Sequence record: DRR378314_843
DNA length: 64,000 nucleotides
Direction: 5' to 3' (one strand)
Of the stretch, positions 7,445 to 17,915 are shown piece by piece. The notes under the pieces are model-generated. The model did not search any database. It saw nothing but the letters and a program-made list of their open reading frames with translations, and was not told the DNA's origin. Every line of letters begins with the position of its first letter. The first letter of the stretch is position 1. The translations under genes were made by a program, and so were the position numbers.

Positions 7445-7965
7445 CAGACACCTGCTTTCTGTTTCAGACGCTCAACAAACTGTTTGCGCGCCACTCTATC
7501 ATTATCGAACCACGCGTCCGGGATCAGCAAGGGCTCTGCCCCCTGCACTTCAACGGTCGTGTATCCTCGGCGGGTTTTGACCGACACTACGTTTGCCCAG
7601 TCGATCCGAATTTCTACGCCACCGCGACGCACTTGCATGCGCTCCTCCAGCAGCTGGACGTCCATCTCCGCTCTGCCATCGCCCACAACGTCCCTTGGCG
7701 ACCGATACGACCATCGAATGAAGATCAGATACCATGATATCCCGGCAAGGGCCGCCACGAGCGCGGACAAGAACCATTGCCAATAGGCGCTCAGGCCCAC
7801 CATCTCTATCGCATTGCGCACCATCACCGACATGCTGGCAGAAATGATTGGCGCCGTAACGCCCGCATAATAAATCGCAGTCGGACCGACCGTCCCGCGT
7901 CTGGAAAGACGGATCAGGCGCTTCTGGTCTTTTTCGTCCAGAAAGCCGGAGATCTTGTCAGACAC
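7444..7965 (-). CDS. YcxB-like two-TM membrane protein
   Basis: Two TM helices then IDWANVVSV...LLIPDAWF; stop overlaps the rbfA start. Confidence 0.6.
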   Translation of the reverse strand: MSDKISGFLDEKDQKRLIRLSRRGTVGPTAIYYAGVTAPIISASMSVMVRNAIEMVGLSAYWQWFLSALVAALAGISWYLIFIRWSYRSPRDVVGDGRAEMDVQLLEERMQVRRGGVEIRIDWANVVSVKTRRGYTTVEVQGAEPLLIPDAWFDNDRVARKQFVERLKQKAGV

Positions 7966-7982
7966 GGGCCTTCACCGCCGTC

Positions 7983-10538
7983 CTAGTCGAGCGACCTGGC
8001 GATCTCTTCAACCTGGAAGCACTCGATCTTGTCGCCGGGGCGAATATCATCATAGCGCTCAAACGCCATGCCGCATTCCATTCCGGCGTTCACCTCGTTC
8101 ACTTCGTCCTTGAAGCGCTTCAGCGTCTTCAGATTGCCTTCATGGATCACAACGTCGTCGCGCAGCAGGCGTACACCACAACCACGAAGAACCTTGCCTT
8201 CGCTGATACGACAGCCAGCGACCTTGCCGACCTTCGTAATGTTGAACACTTCGAGGATTTCGGCGTAACCGATGAAGGTTTCGCGTTTCTCCGGTGCGAG
8301 CATGCCCGACAGGGTTGCCTTCACGTCGTCAATCAGATCGTAGATCACGGAATAGTAGCGGATCTCAACGCCTTCTTTCTCCGCCAGATCACGTGCTTGC
8401 TTGTTGGCACGCACGTTAAAGGCAAAGATTGGCGCTTCAGACGACTGGGCCAGAAGAACGTCGCTTTCCGAAATACCACCAACCGCGCCATGAATGACGC
8501 GTGCACGCACTTCTTCAGTTGAAAGCTTGTCCAGAGACTGGCTGATCGCCTCGACTGAACCTTGAACATCGCCCTTGACGACAACTGGCAGCTCGGAAGT
8601 CTCAACCGAGCCATCCTTCAGCTTGCTGAGCAATTGATCGAGCGACGCGCGCGCTGCCGCGCCGGCCTTACCGGCAACCTGGCGCTTCTGGCGCACGCGG
8701 TACTCGGTAACTTCACGAGCACGCGCTTCACTGTCGACAACAACAAACTCATCACCAGGCTCCGGCGCGCCGTCCAGACCGAGCACCTCGACCGGAAGGG
8801 CTGGACCAGCCTCCTTGAGTTGTTGACCGCGCTCGTCGACCAGAGCGCGGACCTTGCCCCATTGAGCGCCAGCTACGACAATGTCGCCGCGCTTGAGCGT
8901 GCCGCGTTTAACCAGAACGGTGGCAACCGGACCACGGCCCTTGTCGAGTTGGCTTTCAATCACGGATCCGTCTGCCGGACGGCTTGGATTGGCTTTCAAT
9001 TCGAGAAGTTCGGCTTGCAGAGAAATAGCATCTGTCAGCGCGTCCAGACCTTCACCCGTCAGCGCAGACACCTTCACGGACTGGGTTTCGCCGCCCATGC
9101 TTTCGACCTGAACATCATGTTGCAGAAGATCGGTCAGCACCTTGTCCGGATTGGCGTCCGGCAGGTCGCTCTTGTTCACGGCGACAATGATCGGAACACC
9201 CGCCGCCTTGGCGTGATTGATGGACTCGATCGTCTGCGGCATGACGGAGTCATCTGCCGCGACAACAAGGATAGCAATATCTGTCGCCGTGGCGCCGCGT
9301 GCGCGCATGGCGGTAAAGGCCGCGTGGCCAGGCGTATCAAGGAACGTAATCCGTTCGCCAGATTTCAGTTTCACCTGGTACGCACCGATGTGCTGGGTAA
9401 TGCCGCCAGCCTCGCCGGACACAACGTCCGTCTTGCGAAGGGCATCCAGAAGCGAGGTCTTGCCGTGGTCAACGTGGCCCATGATCGTCACGATCGGCGC
9501 GCGTGGCTTCAGATCCTTTGGATCATCCTCAGCGCCTTCCAGGCCGATTTCAACGTCGGATTCGGAGACGCGCTTCACCGTGTGGCCAAATTCCTCGGCG
9601 ATCAGTTCTGCCGTGTCAGCGTCGATGATGTCGTTTCCACGGAGCATCTCGCCCTGCTGGATCATGAACTTCACGACGTCAGCGACGCGCTCATTCATCC
9701 GCTGGGCAAGATCCTGCAATGTAATGGTCTCTGGCAGAGTGACCTCAATCGAGACTTTCTCACGCTGGTCGTTACCGCCGGTGCGGCGCTCACGCTCGCG
9801 TTCCCGCGCGCGGCGAACCGATGCCAGCGAACGCTGACGATCCGCATCATCGCCCAAAGCGGAAGAGATGGTCAGCTTGCCGCGGCGACGCTCACCGCCA
9901 CCACCGCCGCGTGAGCCACGGCCCTGAGAATCCCGACCGGAGCGATCCCGATCGTCGCGGCCAGACTTACCACGTTTGGCACGGCTTGGCGCCTCTTCAA
10001 CCGGTTGTGCAGCCGCTGGCGACGCATCAGCCTTGGTGCGAGTCTTCTGTGACCGTTCGGCACGTTCCTTGGCAGCAGCTTCCTCAACCTTGCGGGCTTC
10101 TTCTTCGGCCTTGCGACGGGCTTCGGCCTCTTCGCGTTCCTTGGCTTCCTGAAGCTTTTTTTCCTGTTCGGAGCGCAGGCGATCTTGCGCTGCTTTCTGG
10201 TTCTCTTCTTCCTTGGCGCGCGCGGCTTCTTCCTGCTTGCGCTCATAGAGCGCTTTCTGACGAGCTTTCAGCTCGTTGACCGTAATGCCAAGTTTCTTGG
10301 CTGTTGCGATCAGGCGCGCTTCCATCGAGTCCGCAGACGGTTTCGCTTTCGAGGTATCCCCTGCTGGCGCAGCAGACGAACCGCTCGGCCCAACTGACCG
10401 ACGTTTCTTGGTTTCAACAACCACCTGCTTGGAGCGGCCATGACTGAAGCTCTGCTTCACCGTACCGGAAGATTTCCGAGAAACGGTGAGCGGCTTGCGT
10501 CCGCCCGTATTACCACCAGTGTCTTTCGTATCGCTCAT
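7983..10538 (-). CDS. infB: translation initiation factor IF-2
   Basis: [34 protein letters not shown]. Confidence 0.98.
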   Translation of the reverse strand: MSDTKDTGGNTGGRKPLTVSRKSSGTVKQSFSHGRSKQVVVETKKRRSVGPSGSSAAPAGDTSKAKPSADSMEARLIATAKKLGITVNELKARQKALYERKQEEAARAKEEENQKAAQDRLRSEQEKKLQEAKEREEAEARRKAEEEARKVEEAAAKERAERSQKTRTKADASPAAAQPVEEAPSRAKRGKSGRDDRDRSGRDSQGRGSRGGGGGERRRGKLTISSALGDDADRQRSLASVRRARERERERRTGGNDQREKVSIEVTLPETITLQDLAQRMNERVADVVKFMIQQGEMLRGNDIIDADTAELIAEEFGHTVKRVSESDVEIGLEGAEDDPKDLKPRAPIVTIMGHVDHGKTSLLDALRKTDVVSGEAGGITQHIGAYQVKLKSGERITFLDTPGHAAFTAMRARGATATDIAILVVAADDSVMPQTIESINHAKAAGVPIIVAVNKSDLPDANPDKVLTDLLQHDVQVESMGGETQSVKVSALTGEGLDALTDAISLQAELLELKANPSRPADGSVIESQLDKGRGPVATVLVKRGTLKRGDIVVAGAQWGKVRALVDERGQQLKEAGPALPVEVLGLDGAPEPGDEFVVVDSEARAREVTEYRVRQKRQVAGKAGAAARASLDQLLSKLKDGSVETSELPVVVKGDVQGSVEAISQSLDKLSTEEVRARVIHGAVGGISESDVLLAQSSEAPIFAFNVRANKQARDLAEKEGVEIRYYSVIYDLIDDVKATLSGMLAPEKRETFIGYAEILEVFNITKVGKVAGCRISEGKVLRGCGVRLLRDDVVIHEGNLKTLKRFKDEVNEVNAGMECGMAFERYDDIRPGDKIECFQVEEIARSLD

Positions 10539-10598
10539 ACGTTCTTCATACCACGTTTCTTGCCGATGTGCGCCAATGCACTTCGGCTTTGTTTTCCG

Positions 10599-11273
10599 CT
10601 ACCGATCCTGATCCGGGAACCAGTCCAGTTCGGGTCTTGCTCGAAATCCGGCCAGCCGCTGATAGGCCAGCACTATCGTCTTCGCAAACGGACCCTTGCG
10701 GACGAGACCGTGTATCACACGCTCACGTCCAAACGCCATGCCCAATTCTTCGGAACTGAGCGCACCGGCAATTTTCACGTTGCTATATAATGCTTTGGCG
10801 AGAAAATACACCTTTGAACGGCCATCTTCTGCACCATCAGTGGCTTCCAGCAGCAAACCGGGCCGCTTCTTCTGCAGGGCTTCTCGCACCTGATCGAAGC
10901 CGAGAACGATATCTCCCGCTTTCTTCGCCATCCCCATCAGGCTGATCACCCGCTGAAGCAACAAATTCTCCACCAATTCCGGCAAATCCGTCGGAACCGT
11001 GGCTTGTTGCTTGAATCCACGGGCGAAAGCGCCCTTGCGCATGGCAATCTCAAGCGTATCCCTGTCGGCCCGCAGCCAGACACCCCGGCCCGGCAGCTTG
11101 CCAAGAATATCCGGCGTCACAACCTGATCAGGTGACAGCACGAAGCGAACCATCTCCTCCTGTGAGAGATGATCTCTGGACACAGTGCATTGCCGGACGG
11201 GGCCTGCCCCGTCCGCAACACGGCCTTCAGTGTCGGTTACCCGCGCTTCACTCTTGCGGTACGGCCTCGTCAT
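10599..11273 (-). CDS. YlxR/DUF448 RNA-binding protein with L7Ae-like C-terminal domain
   Basis: RQCTVSR...MVRFVLSPD...KLPGRGVW; located between nusA and infB; ATG at 11273 with GGAGG SD. Confidence 0.85.
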   Translation of the reverse strand: MTRPYRKSEARVTDTEGRVADGAGPVRQCTVSRDHLSQEEMVRFVLSPDQVVTPDILGKLPGRGVWLRADRDTLEIAMRKGAFARGFKQQATVPTDLPELVENLLLQRVISLMGMAKKAGDIVLGFDQVREALQKKRPGLLLEATDGAEDGRSKVYFLAKALYSNVKIAGALSSEELGMAFGRERVIHGLVRKGPFAKTIVLAYQRLAGFRARPELDWFPDQDR

Positions 11274-13014
11274 CGCCGCCCTCCGCTGCCAGGGCATCGA
11301 GATCAAACTCGAGCTCTTCGAGGGCCTCATCCACCGCGTCCGGAGACGGGTTGCTGCCAAGTTCGCCGAGCGCCAGCAGCGCGCGTTCCTCTTCGGTCAG
11401 CTCAGGCTCTTCTTCCTTCGCTTGTTCAGCCAGCATCTGCTCAAGGGCGTCCGGCTCGATCCAGCCTGCGGCGACACGCGCGCGCATGATGAACATTTGC
11501 GCGTCATCCTTGCGCATTTCGCCCTTCTTCAGAACGCCTTCGACCCAGACCGGCTTTCCATCCGGGCCCGGCTCGCGCCAACCCGTGATGTCATCCGGCA
11601 CGAGACCAGCCACATCGTCCAGCGTCTGCACGCCTTCTTCACCAAGACGCACGGCGAAAGATGGCGACATGCCTTCCAACTCCATGACAGCGTCTTCAAC
11701 ACCCAGTTCACGGCGCTTGGCATCGTTTTCGGCAGCCAGTCGCTCAAGGAATTCGCGAGCACGTTCCTGAAGTTCTTCGGCTACGTCCTCGTCAAAACCT
11801 TCAATCGTGATGAAGTCTTCCGGCGCCACATAAGCGATCTCTTCGACCGTCTCAAAGCCTTCCGAAGCCAGCAGCTGAGCCAGCGTCTCGTCGGCATCCA
11901 GCGCCTTCATGAAGAGGTCCGTCCGCTCCTGGAATTCGCGCTGGTAGCGCTCGGAGTCGGCGGTCTCTGTCACCAGGTCGATCTGCCACCCCGTAAGCTG
12001 GGACGCGAGACGCACATTCTGACCACGGCGGCCAATCGCCAGAGGGAACTGGTCGTCCGCCACAACAACTTCGACGCGGCGCTCTTCCTCATCCAGCACG
12101 ACTTTCGACACTTCGGCCGGCTGCAGTGCATTCACAATGAAGGTCGCATCGTCATAATTCCACGGAATGATGTCGATCTTCTCGCCCGACAGTTCGCCGA
12201 CCACAGCCTGAACACGCGCACCGCGCATACCGACACAGGCGCCGACGGGATCAATCGAGGAATCATTGGAGATCACACCGATCTTCGCACGGCTGCCCGG
12301 ATCGCGGGAACATGCCTTGATCTCGATGACACCTTCATAAACTTCCGGCACTTCCTGCGCGAACAGGCGCACCATGAAATCCGGTGCGGCGCGGGACAGG
12401 AAGATTTGCGGACCCTTGGTCTCGCGGCTCACCTTGTAAAGATAGGCACGAACGCGGTCATTGGTTTGGAAATTCTCGCGCGGGATGCCGTCATTGCGAC
12501 GGATGATGCCTTCGGCGCGCCCCAGATCGACAATGACGTGACCGTATTCCACACGCTTTACAACACCGGAGATAACTTCGCCGACGCGATCCTTGTATTC
12601 GTTGTACTGGCGCTCGCGCTCGGCATCGCGCACCTTCTGCATGATGACCTGTTTGGCGGTCTGCGCTGCGACACGGCCAAAATCGAAAGGTGGCAGCTCT
12701 TCTTTCAGCTCGTCGCCAGCTTCCAGCGTTTCGTCCAGCTTCTTCGCTTCGGACAGACGCAGCTCCTTGGCCTCATCCTCGAACGCGTCGTCAGCGACAA
12801 CGGTCTGAACACGCCATAGCGTCTGCTCGCCGGTCGTTGCGTCGATCTTCGCACGGATGTCGTGCTCTTGGCCGTATTTCGCTTTTGCGGCCTTTTCGAT
12901 CGCTTCCTGCATGGCCTCGATGACAATCGTCTGATCGATTGCCTTCTCTTCGGCGACCGCTTTCGCGATCTGCAGGATTTCCAGCCTGTTGGCTGAAACG
13001 CCGATGGTGCTCAT
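11248..13014 (-). CDS. nusA: transcription termination/antitermination factor NusA
   Basis: FGRVAAQTAKQVI, RDPGSRAKI, IDPVGACVGMRG, AIGRRGQNVRLA. Confidence 0.98.
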   Translation of the reverse strand: MSTIGVSANRLEILQIAKAVAEEKAIDQTIVIEAMQEAIEKAAKAKYGQEHDIRAKIDATTGEQTLWRVQTVVADDAFEDEAKELRLSEAKKLDETLEAGDELKEELPPFDFGRVAAQTAKQVIMQKVRDAERERQYNEYKDRVGEVISGVVKRVEYGHVIVDLGRAEGIIRRNDGIPRENFQTNDRVRAYLYKVSRETKGPQIFLSRAAPDFMVRLFAQEVPEVYEGVIEIKACSRDPGSRAKIGVISNDSSIDPVGACVGMRGARVQAVVGELSGEKIDIIPWNYDDATFIVNALQPAEVSKVVLDEEERRVEVVVADDQFPLAIGRRGQNVRLASQLTGWQIDLVTETADSERYQREFQERTDLFMKALDADETLAQLLASEGFETVEEIAYVAPEDFITIEGFDEDVAEELQERAREFLERLAAENDAKRRELGVEDAVMELEGMSPSFAVRLGEEGVQTLDDVAGLVPDDITGWREPGPDGKPVWVEGVLKKGEMRKDDAQMFIMRARVAAGWIEPDALEQMLAEQAKEEEPELTEEERALLALGELGSNPSPDAVDEALEELEFDLDALAAEGGDDEAVPQE

Positions 13015-13610
13015 TTGACGTCTCCCGTCTCTTCGTTTGTATCGGTGTCTTCGTCTGTCTCGTCGATCTCAAGATCGCCGAGGTCATCTTCATCCGGCTG
13101 TGGCGGCAATGTGCCGTCTGCGCGAGCCGCCTCAATCAGTTCGTCCGTCAGGATCAGGCTGGCCTTGCTCATCTCGTGAACGTGAGCCACCAGCTCTGTT
13201 TCGTCATCCAGCTCCAAATGCGCGCCGTCTTCATCCTCTCCGGTGATCATTCCGGAGAAGCGGCGACGGCCATCGATCGGTCGCACGAGTTCCACTTTGG
13301 CAGCATGGCCCACCCAGCGGCCAAAATCACCTTCCCGGGTCAGTGGACGGTCAATGCCCGGCGTGGAGACTTCCAGCGTGTACGCCTCCTTGATGGGGTC
13401 TGCCTCATCCAGCATCGGCGCGATGGCCCGCGAAAGGCTGGCGCAATCTTCGACATTCGTCGGGGCGCCCCCTGCCCTCTCAGCCATGATCTGGAGGTGC
13501 GGACGCCGCCCACCCTGAATGCGCAGGCGAACGATTTCCATGCCAATCTGCTCGGCCACCGGTGTGACGAGCGAAAGAATTTGGCGTTCCTGTTCGGTCA
13601 GAGCAATCAT
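13011..13610 (-). CDS. rimP: ribosome maturation factor RimP
   Basis: LQIMAER, DCASLSR, YTLEVSTPGIDRPL; overlaps the nusA start (ATGA). Confidence 0.95.
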   Translation of the reverse strand: MIALTEQERQILSLVTPVAEQIGMEIVRLRIQGGRRPHLQIMAERAGGAPTNVEDCASLSRAIAPMLDEADPIKEAYTLEVSTPGIDRPLTREGDFGRWVGHAAKVELVRPIDGRRRFSGMITGEDEDGAHLELDDETELVAHVHEMSKASLILTDELIEAARADGTLPPQPDEDDLGDLEIDETDEDTDTNEETGDVK

Positions 13611-13632
13611 CTGAGGTGCGGACTATTCCGAT

Positions 13633-13668
13633 AAAGAAAAGCGGCGGCCCCGTTTCCGGAACCGCCGC
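13633..13668 (-). terminator. intrinsic terminator/attenuator in the rimP leader
   Basis: GCGGCGGTTCCG-GAAA-CGGGGCCGCCGC followed by TTTTCTTT, ending about 22 nt before the rimP ATG. Confidence 0.8.
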
Positions 13669-13690
13669 CGATATGTTTCGACTTGAGAGA

Positions 13691-13719
13691 CATATACCCC
13701 TGCGCGCGGCAGATGTCGA
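13691..13719 (-). promoter_or_regulatory. candidate sigma70 promoter of the rimP operon
   Basis: TCGACA-N17-TATATG on the minus strand. Confidence 0.5.
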
Positions 13720-13740
13720 GCGTCGCTTGCTGTAGAACGT

Positions 13741-13772
13741 AAGACGGCGACTTCGTTGCCAAAGCCGCCGTC
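13741..13772 (-). terminator. hairpin terminator after the cold-shock gene
   Basis: GACGGCGGCTTT-GGCAAC-GAAGTCGCCGTC followed by TTACGTT (weak U-tract). Confidence 0.55.
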
Positions 13773-13796
13773 CTGAATCCTGTACGGATACGCGTC

Positions 13797-14006
13797 TTAG
13801 AGAATCTTCAGATCCACAGCCGAGGTCTTGCCGCGGCGTTCGTCCTTGTAGAGTTCGTAAGAGATAGCCTGGTCTTCTGCCAGTGTGCGAAGGCCGGAGC
13901 GTTCAACGGCCGAAATGTGCACAAAAACGTCAGAGCCGCCCTCATCAGGTTTGATGAAGCCAAAGCCTTTCTGGTCATTGAACCATTTCACTTTGCCAGT
14001 TGCCAT
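13797..14006 (-). CDS. cold-shock protein, CspA family
   Basis: GKVKWFNDQKGFGFI, DVFVHISA. Confidence 0.95.
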   Translation of the reverse strand: MATGKVKWFNDQKGFGFIKPDEGGSDVFVHISAVERSGLRTLAEDQAISYELYKDERRGKTSAVDLKIL

Positions 14007-14194
14007 TACTTGTAGTCCTTTACGTTAAGTAGAAGCGTCCCGGTTCGGGATTTGAACCAGATCCGCCTATCGAAACGGGAGGGAAGGAAAGTCATGGCCG
14101 CCGGTCTGACGGGGTCTTGATATTTCAGACCGACCGAATTCGATGCCGCTATTAAGCGCATGGGTGCGACAATCGGTCAAGTGAATGTCTTGTG

Positions 14195-14893
14195 TCAGCT
14201 GCGCACGAAGTCGAACCAGACCGGTGCACAATCACCCAATTGCTTGCTTTCGTACCGTGTCGTCAGATGGTCACCGGGAGGGCAGCGCCAGTCATCCGCC
14301 GTGTTCGCGTGCCACTCGAAACCGCCATGCCGGAGGAACCGCAACAGCGCCTCATCTGCATAGGATTTCACATCCGTCGCAAACCGGACACGCGCGCCCG
14401 GACGGCAGATGCGATGGAGACTCTCGAGAAACTCCGGCTGGATCAATCGACGCTTCTGCTGGCGTTTCTTTGGCCACGGATCCGGAAACAGAATAAAGGC
14501 CCGCGCAATGGACTGATCCTGCAAAGACGCCATCACGGGCCGCACATCGTCCATGACCAATCGCACATTCTGCAGCTGGTCTGCTTCAATTCCTGTAAGA
14601 GCCTTCGCCATGCCTTCAATGAATGGCTCGCAGCCAATGTACCCAATATCTGGATTTCGCCCTGCCTGACCCACCAGATGCTCTCCACCGCCGAAGCCGA
14701 TCTCCAACCAGACATCACGATCATCACCGAACAGGTCTCTGCCAGACAGTGTCCCGTCTGCAGCCGTTGGGACGGCCAGTTCGGGTAGGCGTGTATCGAT
14801 CAATGATTGCTGGCGGGCCGACAGGCCACGGCCCCCGGTGCGGCCGAATGTGCGCAATGGGCGAGACTTGTTGGCGGCGTTTTCTTGGGTCAT
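14195..14893 (-). CDS. trmB: tRNA (guanine-N7)-methyltransferase
   Basis: WLEIGFGGGEHL, LFPDPWPKKR, RFATD, TRYESK. Confidence 0.95.
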   Translation of the reverse strand: MTQENAANKSRPLRTFGRTGGRGLSARQQSLIDTRLPELAVPTAADGTLSGRDLFGDDRDVWLEIGFGGGEHLVGQAGRNPDIGYIGCEPFIEGMAKALTGIEADQLQNVRLVMDDVRPVMASLQDQSIARAFILFPDPWPKKRQQKRRLIQPEFLESLHRICRPGARVRFATDVKSYADEALLRFLRHGGFEWHANTADDWRCPPGDHLTTRYESKQLGDCAPVWFDFVRS

Positions 14894-14926
14894 GGCGCTG
14901 TCAGATGCCCCAGCACCGGGGCGGGA

Positions 14927-15352
14927 TCAATCCTCGTCCTGCTGCTTGCCTTCAAAGGCTGTCGCAGCGGCCTGCACTGTCGCCAACAGCGATTTCCGGA
15001 GAGAATGATCTTCAATCTTCTGGAATGCGGCAATCAGGTCGAGAACTTCAGACGTCATGACAGGCGCGTGAACACCTTCGCTGTCTTCGGCCACACTGGA
15101 ATCGCCCTTTGCGAAGAACGTCTCCGCGCCGTCAAAGAAATAGGTTATGGGCACGCCCATGGCACTCGACATCTCGAACAGGCGGCCGGCCGAGACTCGA
15201 TTGACGCCTTTTTCGTACTTCTGGACTTGCTGAAAGGTCAGGCCAAGCAGATCCCCAAGTTTCTCCTGGGTCAGCTTCAGCTCCTTGCGTCGCCACCGGA
15301 TGCGCTGGCCTACGACCCGATCAATGCCGCTAGGAAGCTTGTTATCGGCCAT
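14927..15352 (-). CDS. XRE-family HTH transcriptional regulator
   Basis: LTQEKLG...LTFQQVQKYEKGVNRVSAGRL. Confidence 0.9.
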   Translation of the reverse strand: MADNKLPSGIDRVVGQRIRWRRKELKLTQEKLGDLLGLTFQQVQKYEKGVNRVSAGRLFEMSSAMGVPITYFFDGAETFFAKGDSSVAEDSEGVHAPVMTSEVLDLIAAFQKIEDHSLRKSLLATVQAAATAFEGKQQDED

Positions 15353-15391
15353 ATTCCCCCTTCCTGTCTGGGTATTCTCCGTGTGCTCTGT

Positions 15392-17035
15392 CTATCTTCG
15401 CCACGTAACGAAGGCCAGACCCGCAAATAAGAACAGGCTGAGCCAGAAGAGCATAAGACCGATTCGGGTTTGAAACAGGGTTACCCTCTCGGGGAGGGGC
15501 AGCTTTCCACGGCCGAAGCTGGTATCCCAACCGCTTGGCGCATCCGCCACAGGCGCTGCGCGCAACACCTCGCGTCCTCGACCGTCCACAATGCCCGACG
15601 CGCCGCGACTGGCAACGCGTGCAAGCGGCAACCCCGTCTCGATCGCGCGGTATCGGTTCTGCGCATAGTGCTGTGCGGGGCCCATCCCACCGCCGAACCA
15701 GGCATCATTCGAAATCAGGACCAGCCAATCGGCCCGCGCGCCAATATTCGCGCTGCGTGGGATGGAGGGGTAGAGCCCCTCATAGCAGATCATCGCCACA
15801 AATGGGGGAATGTCCTCCGCGAAAATAACGGCCGGCCCCGGACCTGGTCGGAAGCCATCGCTCGCCATGCGCTGGATTGCGCCAGGCAAAATGCCGGACA
15901 AGGCCTCACCGAAAGGAATGATCCGCGTTGCCGGCAACTCACCGAAAGGTACCAGACGATGTTTGTCGTAAAGCGCGATAGGGCCAGACCGGATCGCGTT
16001 CTCATCCATGACGGTCAGGCTGTTGTAATAGTCGCGCGTGTCCTTGCCGGTTATCTCGTATCGCGTCGTCCCGGCGATCAAGTCGCGACTGCCAAGATAG
16101 GCTCCCACCGCGTCCAGCGCATTCGCATCCTGCAGGAGTGTTGTTGGCAGCGCGCCCTCTGGCCAGAGGATAATATCGCCCGGCTCACCTTCCTGATTTG
16201 CCAACATGCGCAAATATTCGATGAGGATCGGGTCGGGGCCAATCTCCCATTTCTCATCCTGTGGCACGCCGGAATCCATCAACACAACTGATTGCTCTGA
16301 TAGCTCCGCTGGCTGCGCTATGCGCTGTGCGCCCCAGGACCATCCAAGCGCAACAAGGATCACCGCCGCAAAGGATGGTGCAATGCGGACAGCCAATTGA
16401 CGAGACTCGCGCGTATCCACCAGAGCGGCGGGCGCAGACATAACAAACACGGTCAGCAAGGTCAGCCAATACACGCCGCCTATCGACGCGCTCTGAGACA
16501 GGGCCCCACCCGGCACCCAAGTCGTACCCGGCAGGTTCCAGGGAAACCCTCCAAACAGGTGTCCTCGCACAAATTCTGCCAAAGCGAAGAAAAGCGCGAA
16601 CACAAAAATGCGAGAGGGCGACGACGACCAGAAGGCCCCCGCCATGGCGCCGAATACTCCCCAGATGATCGCCATGCCACCGGGCAGCAGGATCAACGGC
16701 ATCCATAGGAAAATGGCGTGCTTTTCAGGCTCCACCAGGAAGGGAGCGGCCGTCCAGTGCATGCTGATGAGGAAAAAACCCGTTCCGAAAGCCCAGGTGC
16801 GCAGGAACACAGCCCTTCCCCACCGGCGATGACCGCGCGCGCCATCCAGCATCCAGATCAGACCCGTGAATGAAATCACCAACACGGCGCTGAAATGAAA
16901 CGGCGCAAACGCAACAGCCGAAAAGGCACCCAAAAGCAGGCTGGTGATCACGGCCGGCCAGCCTGTCAGGCGCGCAAAGGCTTCATGCAAGGGTCCAAGC
17001 GCCGTGAACCCATGGCTACGCACAGCATGGCTCAT
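15392..17035 (-). CDS. lnt: apolipoprotein N-acyltransferase
   Basis: GGFPWNL, WPEGA, YDKHRLVPFGE, ICYE, ISNDAWFG. Confidence 0.95.
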   Translation of the reverse strand: MSHAVRSHGFTALGPLHEAFARLTGWPAVITSLLLGAFSAVAFAPFHFSAVLVISFTGLIWMLDGARGHRRWGRAVFLRTWAFGTGFFLISMHWTAAPFLVEPEKHAIFLWMPLILLPGGMAIIWGVFGAMAGAFWSSSPSRIFVFALFFALAEFVRGHLFGGFPWNLPGTTWVPGGALSQSASIGGVYWLTLLTVFVMSAPAALVDTRESRQLAVRIAPSFAAVILVALGWSWGAQRIAQPAELSEQSVVLMDSGVPQDEKWEIGPDPILIEYLRMLANQEGEPGDIILWPEGALPTTLLQDANALDAVGAYLGSRDLIAGTTRYEITGKDTRDYYNSLTVMDENAIRSGPIALYDKHRLVPFGELPATRIIPFGEALSGILPGAIQRMASDGFRPGPGPAVIFAEDIPPFVAMICYEGLYPSIPRSANIGARADWLVLISNDAWFGGGMGPAQHYAQNRYRAIETGLPLARVASRGASGIVDGRGREVLRAAPVADAPSGWDTSFGRGKLPLPERVTLFQTRIGLMLFWLSLFLFAGLAFVTWRR

Positions 17036-17038
17036 GAT

Positions 17039-17902
17039 TTACTCCTGCGCAGCAGGCGCGGGCTGTTCGGGCGTTCGCAGCCGCACACGGCGAATGCGCC
17101 GGGCGTCTGCATCCATGATCTCGATTTCGACACCGGCCGGATGCTTGAGCACTTCTCCGCGCACCGGCACTTTCCCGGCCAGCGCGAAGGCGACACCGCC
17201 GAGCGTGTCGAAATCCGTGTCGTTGTCCTCAATGGCGAGATCAATGCCCGTTTCCTCTGCAAAATCGTCGATTTCCGTCCGGGCGTCCGCTTCCCAGATT
17301 CTCTGGCTGCGGCGAACGAACATAGCCTCTTCATCGTCGTGTTCGTCTTCGATGTCACCGACGATTTCTTCAACCAGATCTTCCAGACTGACGAGACCAT
17401 CCGTTCCGCCATACTCGTCTACGACAAGCGCGAGGTGAATACGGGTGGACTGCATTTTCACAAGCAAATCAGTCAATTTCATGGAGGGCGGCACATACAA
17501 CACGTCGCGGTGCAGCCGCTCCAGCGGACGCTTGGCTGGCTCCTCCCCCTTGGCCAGTTCGCTGACCACATCCTTGATGTGTACAAAGCCAATCGGATCA
17601 TCGAGAGATTCTCGAAACACTGGCAGGCGGGAATGCGTCACTTCCGCGAAGTATTTCAGCAGCTCCGGAAACTCCATCCCGACTTCAACAGCCTTGATTT
17701 CAGCACGCGGCACCATGACGTCGTCCACACGCAGGTCTTGGAACTCTGCGAGCCGCAAGCGCATCTCGTTCGGATTGTGCTGGGGCATCTCACCATTTGC
17801 CTCGGGAGGCACCGCCTCCACAGGATCAGTTTTCCGGCCGAAACCGAAAAAGCTACGCAATCGGCCGCTTGGCGGCGCATTAGAAGGGTCGGGGTCGCTC
17901 AT
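17039..17902 (-). CDS. CBS-domain HlyC/CorC family protein
   Basis: DVMVPRAEI, HSRLPVF, VVDEYGGTDGLVSLEDLVEEIVGDIEDEHD. Confidence 0.9.
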   Translation of the reverse strand: MSDPDPSNAPPSGRLRSFFGFGRKTDPVEAVPPEANGEMPQHNPNEMRLRLAEFQDLRVDDVMVPRAEIKAVEVGMEFPELLKYFAEVTHSRLPVFRESLDDPIGFVHIKDVVSELAKGEEPAKRPLERLHRDVLYVPPSMKLTDLLVKMQSTRIHLALVVDEYGGTDGLVSLEDLVEEIVGDIEDEHDDEEAMFVRRSQRIWEADARTEIDDFAEETGIDLAIEDNDTDFDTLGGVAFALAGKVPVRGEVLKHPAGVEIEIMDADARRIRRVRLRTPEQPAPAAQE

Positions 17903-17915
17903 AGCCTCAGATGAT

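Noticed and set aside
8562-12819. Long plus-strand ORFs 8562-9914 and 11185-12819
   Set aside because: Antisense shadows of infB and nusA, expected from GC-rich codon bias. The same applies to those opposite corC, miaB, mcd, cobS and acnA.
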